Made by a program: the position numbers and the translations under genes
Shown here: positions 9,855 through 18,984 of the stretch, one piece after another
Numbering within the stretch: the first letter of the stretch is position 1
Layout of the letters: each line of letters opens with the position of its first letter
The notes under the pieces: generated by a model
Database searches by the model: none
Told to the model about the DNA's origin: nothing
What the model saw: the letters and a program-made list of their open reading frames with translations, nothing else
NCBI GenBank assembly: GCA_016204695.1
Contig: JACQKD010000001.1
Coordinates: 4,976 to 68,975, forward strand
DNA: 64,000 nt
Direction of reading: 5' to 3'
Source of the DNA: Candidatus Kaiserbacteria bacterium
GTDB lineage: Bacteria > Patescibacteriota > Minisyncoccia > Phycocordibacterales > UBA918

Positions 9855-10862
9855 CTACCGCAGGATTTTTATCGACTGATAAACATCGGGAGCTTCTTTG
9901 AGGTACTTTTCAATTTCTGCTCGCGAGAGCAATCCCTTCTGTGCGCCGATATACTGGACGACGGACATGGAGTTGATGGGACCCCATGTGAGTGCTTCCT
10001 GTACCGACTTTCCGAGCGCGAGCGCTGTCGTGAATGTGGAAGCGAAAGAGTCGCCCGCGCCGGTACGGTCGACGGGCGGCTGGGGGTCGGGGTACATCGG
10101 CATGAACCATACTTCATTTTCGGCAAGCGCGTATGAACCCTTCGGTCCGTCGGTGATGACCGGCAGGTTCGGGCCGAGAGCTTTCAGAGCTTTCAATAAA
10201 GTCGGTATGTCGTCTTCTTTTGAGTTGAGTATTTGTCGCGCCTCTTCCTTGTTGCAAAAAAATATCTCGGTGACTTCGTAGAGGTCTTTGAGCGCTTCGT
10301 AGCCGACGCGAATCTGGAATGTGCCGGGCTGGAAGACGAGTTTCGTCTCGGGATGTTCTTTTACATACGCGGCGATTTCATGATGGAACGGCATTGCGTC
10401 ATCGCCGACCGATGAAAAATAGATGTACCGCGGCGGCGCATCGAAATGCGGCAGACGGTACGGGTACGCTTCGTGCTTGATGAGGATGGTGCGTTCCGCG
10501 CCGTAACGAAGGACATAGTGGTAGTTGGTCTTTTTGCCTTCGTGCATTTGGACGTAGTCGGTCGAAACACCTTCGGCGCGGAGCGTGTCGAGGCAGTCCT
10601 TGCCATAGCGGTCGTGGCCGATGTTGGTGACGAGCGCGGACTTGAGGCCGAGGCGACGCGCGGCGACCGATGCGTTCGGTGCGTTACCGACGGCGTTGAC
10701 CACAGTTACGTCGGTATATGGCAACTTCTCGCCGAAGTTCATCATCAGCTGGCAGGGCTTGCCTTCTATGTCGCAGACGACTTGCGCGTCCTTTTGCGAA
10801 AGCTGGATGAACGCATCTACTGTGATGTCGCCGATTGCGACAAAATCGTATGACTGTGACAT
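9855..10862 (-). CDS. PfkB-family carbohydrate kinase
   Basis: AIGD, GNAPN...A.RLG, N.EE, ITDG.KG and DRTGAGDSF motifs. Confidence 0.92.
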   Translation of the reverse strand: MSQSYDFVAIGDITVDAFIQLSQKDAQVVCDIEGKPCQLMMNFGEKLPYTDVTVVNAVGNAPNASVAARRLGLKSALVTNIGHDRYGKDCLDTLRAEGVSTDYVQMHEGKKTNYHYVLRYGAERTILIKHEAYPYRLPHFDAPPRYIYFSSVGDDAMPFHHEIAAYVKEHPETKLVFQPGTFQIRVGYEALKDLYEVTEIFFCNKEEARQILNSKEDDIPTLLKALKALGPNLPVITDGPKGSYALAENEVWFMPMYPDPQPPVDRTGAGDSFASTFTTALALGKSVQEALTWGPINSMSVVQYIGAQKGLLSRAEIEKYLKEAPDVYQSIKILR

Positions 10863-10931
10863 GTTGTGTTGAGTATAGCATTGCGATGCGTGTGCTATCA
10901 TATTTTGTATACAACTAATCTTTGAAGCGGT

Positions 10932-11906
10932 ATGGGTTCAGTATTTGTGACGAGGAGGATTCCGGAGGAAGGCCCCGCCGCGCTTCGCGCGGCGGGACAC
11001 GAGGTGACTGTAAGCGAGAAAGACGGCGTACTTACCCGGGAAGAATTACTCACGGCGCTCAAAGAAAAACAGTATGCTGCGGTGCTCTGCAATCTCGACG
11101 ACAAGATTGATGCCGAGGTAATGGAAGCGGCGGGCGAGCAGTGCAAAATCTTCGCAAATTTTGCGGTAGGGTTCGATAACTTTGATACTGAAGCCGCCAA
11201 GAAGCGCGGAGTGGCGATGACCAATACCCCCGGCGTGCTTACCGACACGGTTGCGGAGCATGCTTTCGCGCTTTTGCTTGCGATTGCGCATCGGGTGGCG
11301 GAGGCGGACCGCTTCACCCGCGCCGGCAAGTACGAAGGATGGGGACCGATGTTGCTCCTGGGGACGGACGTGTCTCGCAAGACCATCGGTATTGTCGGCT
11401 TGGGGAGGATAGGGTCTCGCGTTGCTCACCATGCCGCTCTCGGGTTTGACATGCGGGTGCTCTATTACGACGTGAAGCGTAACGAAGAATTTGAGCGGGA
11501 GATACGTGCGGAGTTTCGAGAGAATCCCGACGATATTTTCAAAGAGGCGGACTTCATCTCCGTGCATGTGCCGCTTCTTGATTCCACGCGACATCTCGTC
11601 AATGCCGAACGGCTCGCCTTGATGAAGCCGACAAGCTACCTCGTCAATACGTCGCGCGGACCGGTTATCGATGAGGCGGCATTAGTGGAAGCGCTCAAAA
11701 AGGGAAGCATCGCCGGAGCGGCGCTTGATGTGTTTGAACACGAACCTGCGCTTGCTCCCGGTCTCGCCGATTTCGAAAATGTCATTCTGACTCCGCATAT
11801 TGCATCGGCTACGAGGGAGACACGTGCCGCGATGGCAAAAGTGGCTGCGGAAAATATCATCGCGGTGCTCTCCGGCGGGGCGCCCAAAAATCCTGTTATA
11901 CAATAG
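10932..11906 (+). CDS. D-isomer-specific 2-hydroxyacid dehydrogenase (glyoxylate reductase-like)
   Basis: NTPGVL...VAE, GIVGLGRIG, VNTSRG, LDVFE.EP and TPHIAS motifs. Confidence 0.93.
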   Translation: MGSVFVTRRIPEEGPAALRAAGHEVTVSEKDGVLTREELLTALKEKQYAAVLCNLDDKIDAEVMEAAGEQCKIFANFAVGFDNFDTEAAKKRGVAMTNTPGVLTDTVAEHAFALLLAIAHRVAEADRFTRAGKYEGWGPMLLLGTDVSRKTIGIVGLGRIGSRVAHHAALGFDMRVLYYDVKRNEEFEREIRAEFRENPDDIFKEADFISVHVPLLDSTRHLVNAERLALMKPTSYLVNTSRGPVIDEAALVEALKKGSIAGAALDVFEHEPALAPGLADFENVILTPHIASATRETRAAMAKVAAENIIAVLSGGAPKNPVIQ

Positions 11907-11912
11907 AGGAAC

Positions 11913-12437
11913 ATGAAATATTTTTCCGGCAGAGGAATCAACGTGAAGCCGCACAGCGGCTTCACGTTGATTGAGCTCCTCGTCGTCATCGCCATCATCG
12001 GTCTTCTGGCGAGCGTAGTGATGGCGAATTTGAACAGTGCGCGGGCGAAGGCACGGGATGCGCGGCGGCGCGCGGACATGAAAGAGCTGTATAAAGCGCT
12101 TGAACTTTACTACGATACCAATGGCGCATACCCATCAACAGGGAACGCGTGGATAGGCAATTGTGCATCGTACGGAAGTTATGGCACGTCAGGAGCAAGC
12201 GGATATATCCCGAACTTGGCACCGACCTATATACCGACGCTTCCACTTGATCCAAAATACAACGGTTCCAGCGGTTGCTATCTCTACAACTCTAATGGCG
12301 TCGAGTATAAATTACTTGCCCATTATACTGTCGAAAGTATCTGTCCGGTGCCGTCATCTGATGCGTTCTGGGATCCGGTGCGAAATGGTCAGTGTACATT
12401 CCAAATCTCGACCTCAGGCGCGCGTTCAACGTACTGA
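11913..12437 (+). CDS. Type IV pilin / GspG-like prepilin
   Basis: GFTLIELLVVIAIIGLLASVV class III signal; four Cys in the globular domain. Confidence 0.92.
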   Translation: MKYFSGRGINVKPHSGFTLIELLVVIAIIGLLASVVMANLNSARAKARDARRRADMKELYKALELYYDTNGAYPSTGNAWIGNCASYGSYGTSGASGYIPNLAPTYIPTLPLDPKYNGSSGCYLYNSNGVEYKLLAHYTVESICPVPSSDAFWDPVRNGQCTFQISTSGARSTY

Positions 12438-12483
12438 TCGCTCGTTTTGTGATTATATGTAATTGTGCTAGGATGCTCTGCGT

Positions 12484-13140
12484 ATGACTGCCACATTACA
12501 GGCGCAGGTGCGGACCGAGCGCGGGAAGCGCGCGCGCGCTTTGCGCGCGCGCGGCGTGCTTCCCGCCGTTCTCTACGGCCCGAAGGAAGATTCGGCTGCC
12601 CTTTCTCTGTCTCTGCGCGAGTTTGAAAAAGTCTTTAAAGAAGCGGGCGAGTCCACTGTGATTACTCTTACCGGTCTTGACGAAGACAAAGACGTGCTCG
12701 TGCAGGATATCGCCTACGATCCGGTCACCAGTGCGCCGCTCCATGTTGATTTGTATGCAATTGAAAAGGGCAAGAAAGTGACGGTCAATGTGCCGCTTGA
12801 ATTCGTCGGCGAGGCGCCGGTCGTAAAACTTGGCGGCCTCCTGACAAAAGTGCTCCATGAGCTTGAAATCGAGGCCATGCCGAAAGATTTGCCGCACCAG
12901 ATTGAAGTCGATGTTTCATCCATCAGTGATTTCGACAGTCAGATAACCGTCGCGGAGATTGTCGCGCCGGCGGGCGTCTCTATTCTCAATGATCCGGAAG
13001 AAGTCGTGGTGGTCGCGGAGGAGGCAAAAGAAGAGGCAGAAGCGCCGGTGGAGCAGGTGGATATGGACGCAATTGAGGTCGAAGAGAAGGGCAAGAAGGA
13101 GGGAGAGGAGGGTGAAAACGAGGCAAAATCTGAAGAATAA
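12484..13140 (+). CDS. rplY: 50S ribosomal protein L25/Ctc
   Basis: LPAVLYG and HVDLY motifs, Ctc beta domain and acidic tail. Confidence 0.93.
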   Translation: MTATLQAQVRTERGKRARALRARGVLPAVLYGPKEDSAALSLSLREFEKVFKEAGESTVITLTGLDEDKDVLVQDIAYDPVTSAPLHVDLYAIEKGKKVTVNVPLEFVGEAPVVKLGGLLTKVLHELEIEAMPKDLPHQIEVDVSSISDFDSQITVAEIVAPAGVSILNDPEEVVVVAEEAKEEAEAPVEQVDMDAIEVEEKGKKEGEEGENEAKSEE

Positions 13141-13237
13141 CACCGATCTGCGGTGCGGGGTTCTTGTGAAAATGTACAAGAATAGTGTACCCCCGCTTTT
13201 CTGAAAGCTTTGGTATACTGGAAGCGTCATAGCCTAT

Positions 13238-14584
13238 ATGCGACCTTTTTTGTCTGTGGTGGTGTGTGCGCTTGTTGCCGGGGCGCTTTTTGTGTATTTG
13301 CCCGCTGTTTATGCCCAAAATCCCGATCTGACTCCCGAACAGCGTGCGGCCCTTGAGAAACAATTGGCCGAACTTGAAGAAGAGATGAAGCGCACCGATG
13401 CGACGATTGCGGGTCTGCGCACCGAAGGGGAGTCTCTCAAACGCGACATCGGCATACTCGAAGGAGAGATCAAGAAAGCGAAACTGAAAGTCCGTACCAC
13501 CGAGATCAAGATCCAACAGCTCTCCAAGGGTATCAACATCCATGCCGCCACCATCGAAGAACTCTCGGAGAAAATAAAGAGCGAGCAAGAGTCGCTTGCC
13601 CAGATCCTGCGAAAGACGCGCGAAATCGACAACTACTCTCTCGTTGAAGCTGTGTTTTCATCGGAAGATATTTCCAAATTTTTCAGCGACCTTGATTCGT
13701 TTGTTTCCATCAAGGAGGCTCTGCAAGCCTCATTTGAAGAACTGCGTGCCGCGCGCGAAGAGACCTCCGGCGCGAAGGTTGCGCTTGAAGGCGAACGTAC
13801 CGAGGCCCAAATCTTGCGGTCTGAATTGGTGCTGGCCCAGAAAGAAGTAGAGCAGAAGGAGGCACAGAAGCGCACCCTGCTCAAGGAGACGCAGGGACAG
13901 GAAGGTATGTACAAGGGACTGAAGGCGACGCAGGAAAAGCTGGCGGCCGAGATCAGAGCACGTCTCTTTCCCTTGCGCGATGCGCAGGGAATCCCCTTCG
14001 GTACCGCAGTGCAGTACGCCAAGACCGCATCGGCGCAGACCGGCGTGCGCGCCGCGCTCATTCTTGCGATTCTGTCACAAGAATCCGACCTTGGGGCCAA
14101 TGTGGGCCAGTGCCTGATCACCGACCTCGCGACCGGTGACGGAAAGGGGAAAAATACCGGTACGCCGTTTGCAGGCGTGATGAAGGTTCCGAGAGACACC
14201 GTACCGTTTGAGCGGATCACCAAAGGAGTTGGCCGCGACTGGTCCAACACGCCCGTTTCCTGTCCACAACCGGGCGGCTACGGCGGGGCGATGGGTCCGA
14301 CACAGTTCATTCCTTCCACATGGGAGCTCTATGAAGGACGCCTTGCCTCGGTACTCGGCGTCGCAGCGACCGACCCATGGAATCCTTCGCATGCGATCAC
14401 GGCGACCGCTCTCTATCTCACGGATGTCGGCGCGGCCGGAGGCACCTACAGCGCGGAGCATACCGCCGCCGCCAAATACAACGCCGGGGGCAATTGGGCG
14501 ACCCTCGGTCAGGTCTACGCCAACTCTGTCATGGGGAAAGCCGCGCAATTCCAAAAAGACATCGATTTCCTTGAGGCGAATTAG
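13238..14584 (+). CDS. Secreted coiled-coil protein with a C-terminal lytic transglycosylase (SLT-like) domain
   Basis: Signal peptide and long heptad region; AILSQES and [13 protein letters not shown] motifs. Confidence 0.85.
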   Translation: MRPFLSVVVCALVAGALFVYLPAVYAQNPDLTPEQRAALEKQLAELEEEMKRTDATIAGLRTEGESLKRDIGILEGEIKKAKLKVRTTEIKIQQLSKGINIHAATIEELSEKIKSEQESLAQILRKTREIDNYSLVEAVFSSEDISKFFSDLDSFVSIKEALQASFEELRAAREETSGAKVALEGERTEAQILRSELVLAQKEVEQKEAQKRTLLKETQGQEGMYKGLKATQEKLAAEIRARLFPLRDAQGIPFGTAVQYAKTASAQTGVRAALILAILSQESDLGANVGQCLITDLATGDGKGKNTGTPFAGVMKVPRDTVPFERITKGVGRDWSNTPVSCPQPGGYGGAMGPTQFIPSTWELYEGRLASVLGVAATDPWNPSHAITATALYLTDVGAAGGTYSAEHTAAAKYNAGGNWATLGQVYANSVMGKAAQFQKDIDFLEAN

Positions 14585-14652
14585 CAACTGCGAATGTTGA
14601 AACGGTCCCGTTGCCAAGAGCCGCTCTTTCTTGTATAGTGCTGCCACTAAAT

Positions 14653-14922
14653 ATGAAGACAGAAATTCATCCGGACAACTATCGGCTGGTCATTTTCCAC
14701 GACAATTCAAGCGGGGAGCGGTTTCTTATCGGCTCCACGATTGCTACGACTGAGACGGACAAGTGGGATGATGGTGTCGAGTATCCTCTGACGCATGTCG
14801 AGGTTTCGAGCGCGTCGCATCCTTTCTACACCGGAGCGGAGAAGATCATGGATACCGCCGGGCGCGTAGAGAAATTCAAGGCGCGCATGAAAGCGGCCGG
14901 AACGCGTACGAAGAAGGCGTAA
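14653..14922 (+). CDS. rpmE2: 50S ribosomal protein L31 type B (Cys-free)
   Basis: [16 protein letters not shown] and GRVEKF motifs. Confidence 0.93.
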   Translation: MKTEIHPDNYRLVIFHDNSSGERFLIGSTIATTETDKWDDGVEYPLTHVEVSSASHPFYTGAEKIMDTAGRVEKFKARMKAAGTRTKKA

Positions 14923-14928
14923 CGGAGG

Positions 14929-14979
14929 ACAGCAAAGGAACGATTCCGTTTTGCGGAATCGTTCCTTTGCTGTTTCTTT
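14929..14979 (+). terminator. Intrinsic terminator-like hairpin after rpmE
   Basis: Perfect 20-bp stem ACAGCAAAGGAACGATTCCG with a TTTTG loop, followed by TTCTTT. Confidence 0.65.
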
Positions 14980-15007
14980 GGGCAGGGTATGGCATACTTT
15001 TGTAACC

Positions 15008-16000
15008 ATGAGCGAAGACATGCAAAAAACAGCATACGACGTCGACGCCTTCCGGACGGATCACCGGACGCAGTTTCTGGCCGATCAGTATGATGCGCTT
15101 GTGGCGCGACAGGCGGAGCTTGCCGACATGGTGGCGGAGGACGAGACCATGCGGGAACTCGCGGAAGAAGAAAGGAAAGACCTTACCGTGCAACAAAAGT
15201 CGCTTCTTGAAGAGATGGTTCGTATTCTTGTATCGGCTCGAGAAGACGAAGAAAAGCCGTATGGGGTGGTGCTTGAAGTGCGCGCAGGCGCAGGCGGTGA
15301 AGAGGCGGCGCTGTTTGCCGAGGAACTCGCGGAGATGTATACGAAATACTCCGCCCGCGAGGGGTGGAAGGTGGCGGTATTGGCGGAGTCGCGGGCATCA
15401 CAAGGAGGGTATAAGGAAGCCGCGTTTGAGATTGTGGGCAAGGAGGCGCACGAGGCGTTACGGTACGAAACCGGCGTTCATCGAGTCCAGCGGATTCCGG
15501 TGACGGAAAAAGCCGGCCGCATCCATACGTCGACCGCTTCGGTGGCCGTGCTTCCCTTGCGCAAAAAGCCCACGATCGAGATCTCTCCCTCGGATATCCA
15601 AATGGAGTTTTCTCGTTCCGGAGGAGCCGGCGGACAGAATGTGAACAAAGTGGAGACGGCCGTACGGCTCGTGCATGTGCCGACCGGCATCGAGGCTCGC
15701 TCGCAGTCGGAGCGCTCCCAGCAAAAGAATCGAGAAAAAGCGATGGCGGTGCTTGTCGCCAAGCTCGAATCACTCCACGAGGAAGAAGAAGTAAAAAAAC
15801 ACGCGGCGGTTCGGCGCAGTCAAATCGGCACCGGCGACCGCTCGGAGAAGATTCGCACGTACAACATGCCGCAGTCCCGTATCACCGACCACCGCATCAA
15901 GGAATCCTGGCACAATATCGAGGAAATCCTCGCGGGCGGACTTGACCCCGTCATTGCCGCCCTGCGGACGGCGGCATCCGATGGCGGGGTGGTTGCATGA
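15008..16000 (+). CDS. prfA: Peptide chain release factor 1
   Basis: [12 protein letters not shown] (PVT motif), GAGGQNVNK and RSEKIRTYN. Confidence 0.95.
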   Translation: MSEDMQKTAYDVDAFRTDHRTQFLADQYDALVARQAELADMVAEDETMRELAEEERKDLTVQQKSLLEEMVRILVSAREDEEKPYGVVLEVRAGAGGEEAALFAEELAEMYTKYSAREGWKVAVLAESRASQGGYKEAAFEIVGKEAHEALRYETGVHRVQRIPVTEKAGRIHTSTASVAVLPLRKKPTIEISPSDIQMEFSRSGGAGGQNVNKVETAVRLVHVPTGIEARSQSERSQQKNREKAMAVLVAKLESLHEEEEVKKHAAVRRSQIGTGDRSEKIRTYNMPQSRITDHRIKESWHNIEEILAGGLDPVIAALRTAASDGGVVA

Positions 16001-16007
16001 GCAGGTT

Positions 16008-16119
16008 GGCTGTGATACGGTGAGAAGCGAAAGCTTGGAGCTTCGCAAGACCTTGCGTGCCTGTTTTGTAAGCGAAGCGAAACAAAAGAGCCGCAAGGTG
16101 TACAGCGCCTGTAAGGCGG
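16008..16119 (+). repeat. Structured multi-hairpin element, copy 2
   Basis: Shares CTTGGAGC, AAGACCTTGCG.GCCTGTTTTGT, CGAAGCGA.ACAAAA, CGCAAGGTGTAC and CCTGTAAGG with 3117-3240, with compensatory stem changes. Confidence 0.85.
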
Positions 16120-16170
16120 AGATAGGCTGACTCTTTTCAAGGAGCTCTGGTTTTTATACTTTAAATTTAC

Positions 16171-16923
16171 ATGGATTCACATACAACCGAGGAAACACAG
16201 GATAACTCGCTCGTCGAGCGTCTTTTTCGCGCCGGCGCTCACTACGGTTTTTCGAAATCCCGGCGCCATCCCACGGCCGCTCCCTACCTGTTTTCGACCA
16301 AGCAGGGCACGGATATTTTTGATCTTGAGAAGACCAGCCGCCTGCTCGCTGACGCAAAAGAATATCTTTCCGATATCGCGGCAAAGGGCGGCGTCGTTCT
16401 GTTGGTGGGCACCAAGGAGGAAGTCAAGGAGATCGTCAAGTCATGCGCGATAGAGCTCTCCATGCCGTCGGTCACCAATCGTTGGATCGGCGGTACGCTG
16501 ACCAACTTTTCCCAGATACAGAAGCGCATCAACTATCTTGCGAACCTGCGAGCGGAGCAAGCGTCGGGAGAACTTGATCGCAAATATACAAAAAAAGAGC
16601 GTTTGCTTTTAGGACGCGAAATGGAGAGACTGGTGCTCAATTTTGGCGGTATCACGGCAATGGAGCGTCCGCCGGCGGTACTGCTTGTCGTCGATCCGCG
16701 GCATGAAGCGCTTGCGGTCCGGGAAGCGCGGGATATGCACATCCCCGTCATTGCCATCATGAGTTCCGATTGTAATGCTGATCGTGTGGACTGGCCGGTG
16801 TATCTGAATGACGCGCACCGCTCGAGTGTGGCGCTTGCGCTTGATGAACTGGCGGCGGGATACAAGAACGGACTTACCCGTGCGCAAGCCGCTCCGGCCG
16901 CTCGCGAAGGACGCGCATCCTAG
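16171..16923 (+). CDS. rpsB: 30S ribosomal protein S2
   Basis: AGAHYG, LVGTK and RWIGGTLTNF motifs. Confidence 0.95.
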   Translation: MDSHTTEETQDNSLVERLFRAGAHYGFSKSRRHPTAAPYLFSTKQGTDIFDLEKTSRLLADAKEYLSDIAAKGGVVLLVGTKEEVKEIVKSCAIELSMPSVTNRWIGGTLTNFSQIQKRINYLANLRAEQASGELDRKYTKKERLLLGREMERLVLNFGGITAMERPPAVLLVVDPRHEALAVREARDMHIPVIAIMSSDCNADRVDWPVYLNDAHRSSVALALDELAAGYKNGLTRAQAAPAAREGRAS

Positions 16924-16953
16924 TCGACTGTTTTAGAAGTTTAGTTTCGTATT

Positions 16954-17541
16954 GTGGCTGACATATCGGCAGAAGACATAAAAGCGTTGCGTGACGAGAC
17001 CGGGATCTCGGTCATGCAATGCAAGAAAGCCCTCGAAGAAGCGGGAGGCGATATGGAGAAGGCGCGCATTATTCTGCGGAAGTACGGGAACGAACAGGCG
17101 TCGAAGAAGTCCGATCGAACGCTCGGGGCCGGCGCCATTGCCGCCTATGTTCATACGACAGGCCAAGTGGCGGCGCTTGTCCGGCTTTCCTGCGAGACGG
17201 ATTTTGTCGCTAAAAACGAGGAATTTACGGCACTTGCCCGTGATATTGCCATGCATGTGACGGCGCTGTCACCACTCTATATTACCCGCGAGGAAATTCC
17301 CGAAGCCGCGTTTGAAAAAGCGAAGGAAGTGTTCAGAGACGAGATTGCGGACAAGCCTGCCGAATTGCAGGAGAAAATTTTGTCCGGGAAACTCGACGCG
17401 TACTTTAAAGAACAGATTTTACTTGAGCAATCGTTTGTGAAAGATCCGGATCGTACCGTAGGAGGGCTGGTGGAGTCGGCAATCCAGAAATTCGGCGAGC
17501 GTATCGTCGTCTCGGCCATGAGCCGCTTGTCGGTGCGCTAG
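16954..17541 (+). CDS. tsf: Elongation factor Ts (short form)
   Basis: LRDETG...CKKAL, CETDFVA and LLEQ.F motifs; follows rpsB. Confidence 0.95.
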   Translation: MADISAEDIKALRDETGISVMQCKKALEEAGGDMEKARIILRKYGNEQASKKSDRTLGAGAIAAYVHTTGQVAALVRLSCETDFVAKNEEFTALARDIAMHVTALSPLYITREEIPEAAFEKAKEVFRDEIADKPAELQEKILSGKLDAYFKEQILLEQSFVKDPDRTVGGLVESAIQKFGERIVVSAMSRLSVR

Positions 17542-17547
17542 ACTGCT

Positions 17548-17967
17548 ATGACCGCGCCGCTTATCACCGTACTTATCAGTGGCGGCTGTACCCTGCTTCT
17601 TTTGACGCTTTTTCGCGCCGAGCGCAGACGAGGCATGCGGTACGCGAGTGGCGTACGAGTCCTTTTTGATCGATCGCTTGAAGACGCACAAATCCGGTGG
17701 AAAGACGCGTACCGACGCCTCATGGGCCACACTGTGCGACAGTCGGTGCGGTATTTGTTTCACCGGATTTTGACTTCCCTGCTCCGTCGTCTCGGGCGAC
17801 TTGAAGCGTTCTTGTGGTCCGCGGTGCATATCAACAGGCGTCGGGCGAATCGCGCTGAAGAATCTCCTTCCTCGCATTTCTCCGCGATTGCCGAGCACAA
17901 GCGCGAAACCGAACTTTCCGAGGAGGAACGACAGCAGAAGCGCGACGAAGCGCTCAATGGCAAATAG
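17548..17967 (+). CDS. Hypothetical membrane-anchored basic protein
   Basis: N-terminal TM segment and Arg-rich body; co-oriented after tsf. Confidence 0.6.
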   Translation: MTAPLITVLISGGCTLLLLTLFRAERRRGMRYASGVRVLFDRSLEDAQIRWKDAYRRLMGHTVRQSVRYLFHRILTSLLRRLGRLEAFLWSAVHINRRRANRAEESPSSHFSAIAEHKRETELSEEERQQKRDEALNGK

Positions 17968-17997
17968 CTCTGGATTTTGTGATACATTAGGGCGAAC

Positions 17998-18075
17998 GCC
18001 GCCTTAGCTCAGTTGGTAGAGCAACGCACTTGTAATGCGTAGGTTTCCCCGGTTCGAGTCCGGGAGGCGGCTCCA
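17998..18075 (+). tRNA. tRNA-Thr(TGT)
   Basis: Acceptor GCCGCCT/AGGCGGC, anticodon arm ACGCA-CTTGTAA-TGCGT, T-loop TTCGAGT and encoded CCA. Confidence 0.95.
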
Positions 18076-18140
18076 TAGTATGGTATTGTACTCCACCAGA
18101 AGAGAGGGGTTGGTTATTCACTTGTAGAGGAGAAGTGTCT

Positions 18141-18878
18141 ATGACAAGGCCTCGAGCAGTGGTGTTTGCATCTGGAAGGAAAAGGGGAGGTGGTAGCGGG
18201 TTTAAAAAACTCGTCGAAGCTTCCCGAGAGGATATCTTGGAAGCTGACATTGTCGCTGTGGTTTCCCAGCATCAAAATGGAGGTGTACACGAACGTGCTG
18301 TCCTTTTGAACATACCGTTTATATTATTCCCCCGAGGGAGTCATCAGCTACCAGATCCGTACAACCAGATCGCGCGAGCCTGCCATGCAGATTTCTGCTT
18401 TCTTTCGGGATGGACATTGTATGTGTACGGAATTGACCCACGCAAGTGGATCAATATTCATCCCGCTCGGCTTCCTATCCATGGTGGGCAGGGGTGGCAC
18501 GGTATCGCCGTCCACGAACGAGTGCTTGCCGCATTTCGAAGTGGGGATGTCAGGACGACTGCCGTGAGTATGCATTTCGTTACGCCGAAGTATGATGACG
18601 GCGAAGCAGTCTTTTTTGAACAGGAAGTCGAGATCAAAGAAGACGATGATCCACATACACTTGCCGCCCGGGTGAACGAGGTAGAGCATAGGTTTCAAGC
18701 GAGGGTGTCAGATCTTGTTGTCAGGGGCGAGGTCGGCTGGGATGGCGCGGATCCGCGTTCTATACGGACTCCCGCTGGATACATACGGAAGCGCCCCGTG
18801 ACGTTTGTCGACGACGAGCGGCTTGTCTTCCCTTCTGTCGTGCGAAAGGGAGTCCTGTTCTATGTGACGCATCGGTAA
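18141..18878 (+). CDS. PurN-like formyltransferase
   Basis: VFASG..GSG, LSGW, INIHP..LP..GG.G and HFVT..YDDG motifs. Confidence 0.8.
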   Translation: MTRPRAVVFASGRKRGGGSGFKKLVEASREDILEADIVAVVSQHQNGGVHERAVLLNIPFILFPRGSHQLPDPYNQIARACHADFCFLSGWTLYVYGIDPRKWINIHPARLPIHGGQGWHGIAVHERVLAAFRSGDVRTTAVSMHFVTPKYDDGEAVFFEQEVEIKEDDDPHTLAARVNEVEHRFQARVSDLVVRGEVGWDGADPRSIRTPAGYIRKRPVTFVDDERLVFPSVVRKGVLFYVTHR

Positions 18879-18984
18879 CTGTCCCGAGTCATCACGCGGT
18901 TTCATAGAACCGCGTGATGACAAATCTCCAGCTCTGGTAGCTGGATTTTTTGCGTTGTATGCAGTATTCTCCTTAGTACGACTC

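Noticed and set aside
13150-13200. Possible third copy of the structured element (TTGTGAA..ACAAG..GTGTAC)
   Set aside because: Similarity is too short; it is more simply a terminator-like hairpin after rplY.
15942-16130. 62-aa ORF resembling the short ORF at 3125-3226
   Set aside because: The peptide similarity follows from the shared DNA element; the starts and ends do not correspond.
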